In this document: positions 63,601 through 64,000 of the stretch, one piece after another
Numbering within the stretch: position 1 is the stretch's first letter
How the letters are laid out: each line of letters opens with the position of its first letter
Source: Eledone cirrhosa
Taxonomy: Eukaryota
Length of the DNA stretch: 64,000 nt
Reading direction: 5' to 3'
Assembly (NCBI GenBank): GCA_964016885.1
Contig: OZ024741.1
Location: forward strand, 2,976,001-3,040,000
Notes under the pieces: generated by a model
What the model was told of the DNA's origin: nothing
The model's input: the letters and a program-made list of their open reading frames with translations, nothing else
The model's database searches: none
Translations under genes and position numbers: made by a program

Positions 63601-64000
63601 CTGCTGTCCAGCTCTCCTCACACTTTCTTCTTTGAAAACCTTCTACTGTCCAGCTCTCCTCACAGTTTCTTCTCTGAAGACCTACTGTCCAGCTCTCCTA
63701 ACAGTTTCTTCTCTGATGTTCTACTACTGTCCAGCTCTCGTCACAGTTTCTTCTCTGAAGAGCTTCTACTGTTCAGCTCCCCTGACAGTTTATTCTCTGA
63801 AGATCTTCTATTGTCCAGTTCTCCTCACACTTTCTTCTCTGAAGATCTTCTACTCTCCAGCTCTCCTCACACTTTCTTCTCTGAAGACCTTCTGCTGTCC
63901 AGCTCTCCTCACATTTTCTTCTCTGAAGACATTCTACTGTCCAGCTCTCCTCACAGTTTGTTCTCTGAAGTTCTACTAATGTCCAGCTCTCCTCACATTT

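Larger units (their letters stand above)
1..64000. repeat. 42-bp tandem satellite/minisatellite array, head-to-tail, extending beyond both window ends
   Basis: The motif TTCTCTGAAGACCTTCTACTGTCCAGCTCTCCTCACAGTTTC recurs every 42 bp throughout (39-bp and 43-bp variants occur). All ORF translations have a 14-aa period. No non-repeat sequence or inversion seen. Confidence 0.99.
43541..64000. repeat. Right domain: patchwork HOR with its own diagnostic variants and no frameshifting indels
   Basis: The 43-bp marker and CTGCAGATTTTCGA monomers are absent. New markers are CAGCACTACTCAC, GACCTCCTGTTG, CGTAACAGTTTCTTCCCTGAA and CAAGTTCTTCTCTGTAGACC. All + ORFs starting from 45269 to 63593 are in one frame. 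Confidence 0.88.

Noticed and set aside
133-63979. Long + strand ORFs (up to 1724 aa) as protein-coding genes
   Set aside because: They are pure translations of the 42-bp monomer. Two overlapping frames are open at once because the consensus lacks stops in them, and the ORFs swap frame at indels. There are no unique termini, signal peptides or recognisable domains.
1-64000. CRISPR array
   Set aside because: Units are directly adjacent with no unique spacers, leader or cas genes. Variation is by point substitution across the monomer.
1-64000. Assignment to known 41-42 bp avian repeats (CNM/PO41-like) or another named satellite
   Set aside because: Only the unit length is similar. The alternating A/T tracts of CNM are not present and I do not recognise the sequence. 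A Dfam/Repbase/BLAST search is needed.
1-64000. Telomeric repeat, G-quadruplex array, tRNA/rRNA genes or transposon termini
   Set aside because: There are no TTAGGG-like units or regular G-tracts (only an isolated CCCC in one variant), and no non-repeat sequence that could hold such elements.

Overview
The whole 64 kb window is one uninterrupted, single-orientation tandem array of a 42-bp monomer, consensus TTCTCTGAAGACCTTCTACTGTCCAGCTCTCCTCACAGTTTC (about 1,520-1,530 copies, estimated from length). The consensus is 48% GC, 30/42 pyrimidine on the + strand, and has no CpG. I see no unique sequence, gene, RNA gene, transposon or CRISPR spacer. Every ORF in the track is a translation of the monomer: + FSEDLLLSSSPHSF or LKTFYCPALLTVSS, - RNCEESWTVEGLQR or ETVRRAGQ*KVFRE. 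The most economical reading is a eukaryotic satellite or large minisatellite; I cannot name the family or organism. The structure lies in the order of variant monomers. A heterogeneous, indel-rich left domain spans 1 to ~13.3 kb. A central domain (~13.3-43.5 kb) has a clear higher-order repeat (HOR) hierarchy marked by a 43-bp monomer, with units of 3058, 3646, 2641, 3646, 2641, 1468, 2641, 1468, 2641 and 3603 bp and super-units of 6287 and 4109 bp. A right domain (~43.5-64 kb) has different diagnostic variants, 2004, 3513 and ~7524 bp duplications, no frameshifting indel, and a ~20.5 kb stop-free frame that the ORF track omits. Functional ideas (STAT/GAS-like site array, splice-acceptor-like array, repeat protein) are speculative and flagged as such. 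All comparisons were made by eye or from ORF-track coordinates.
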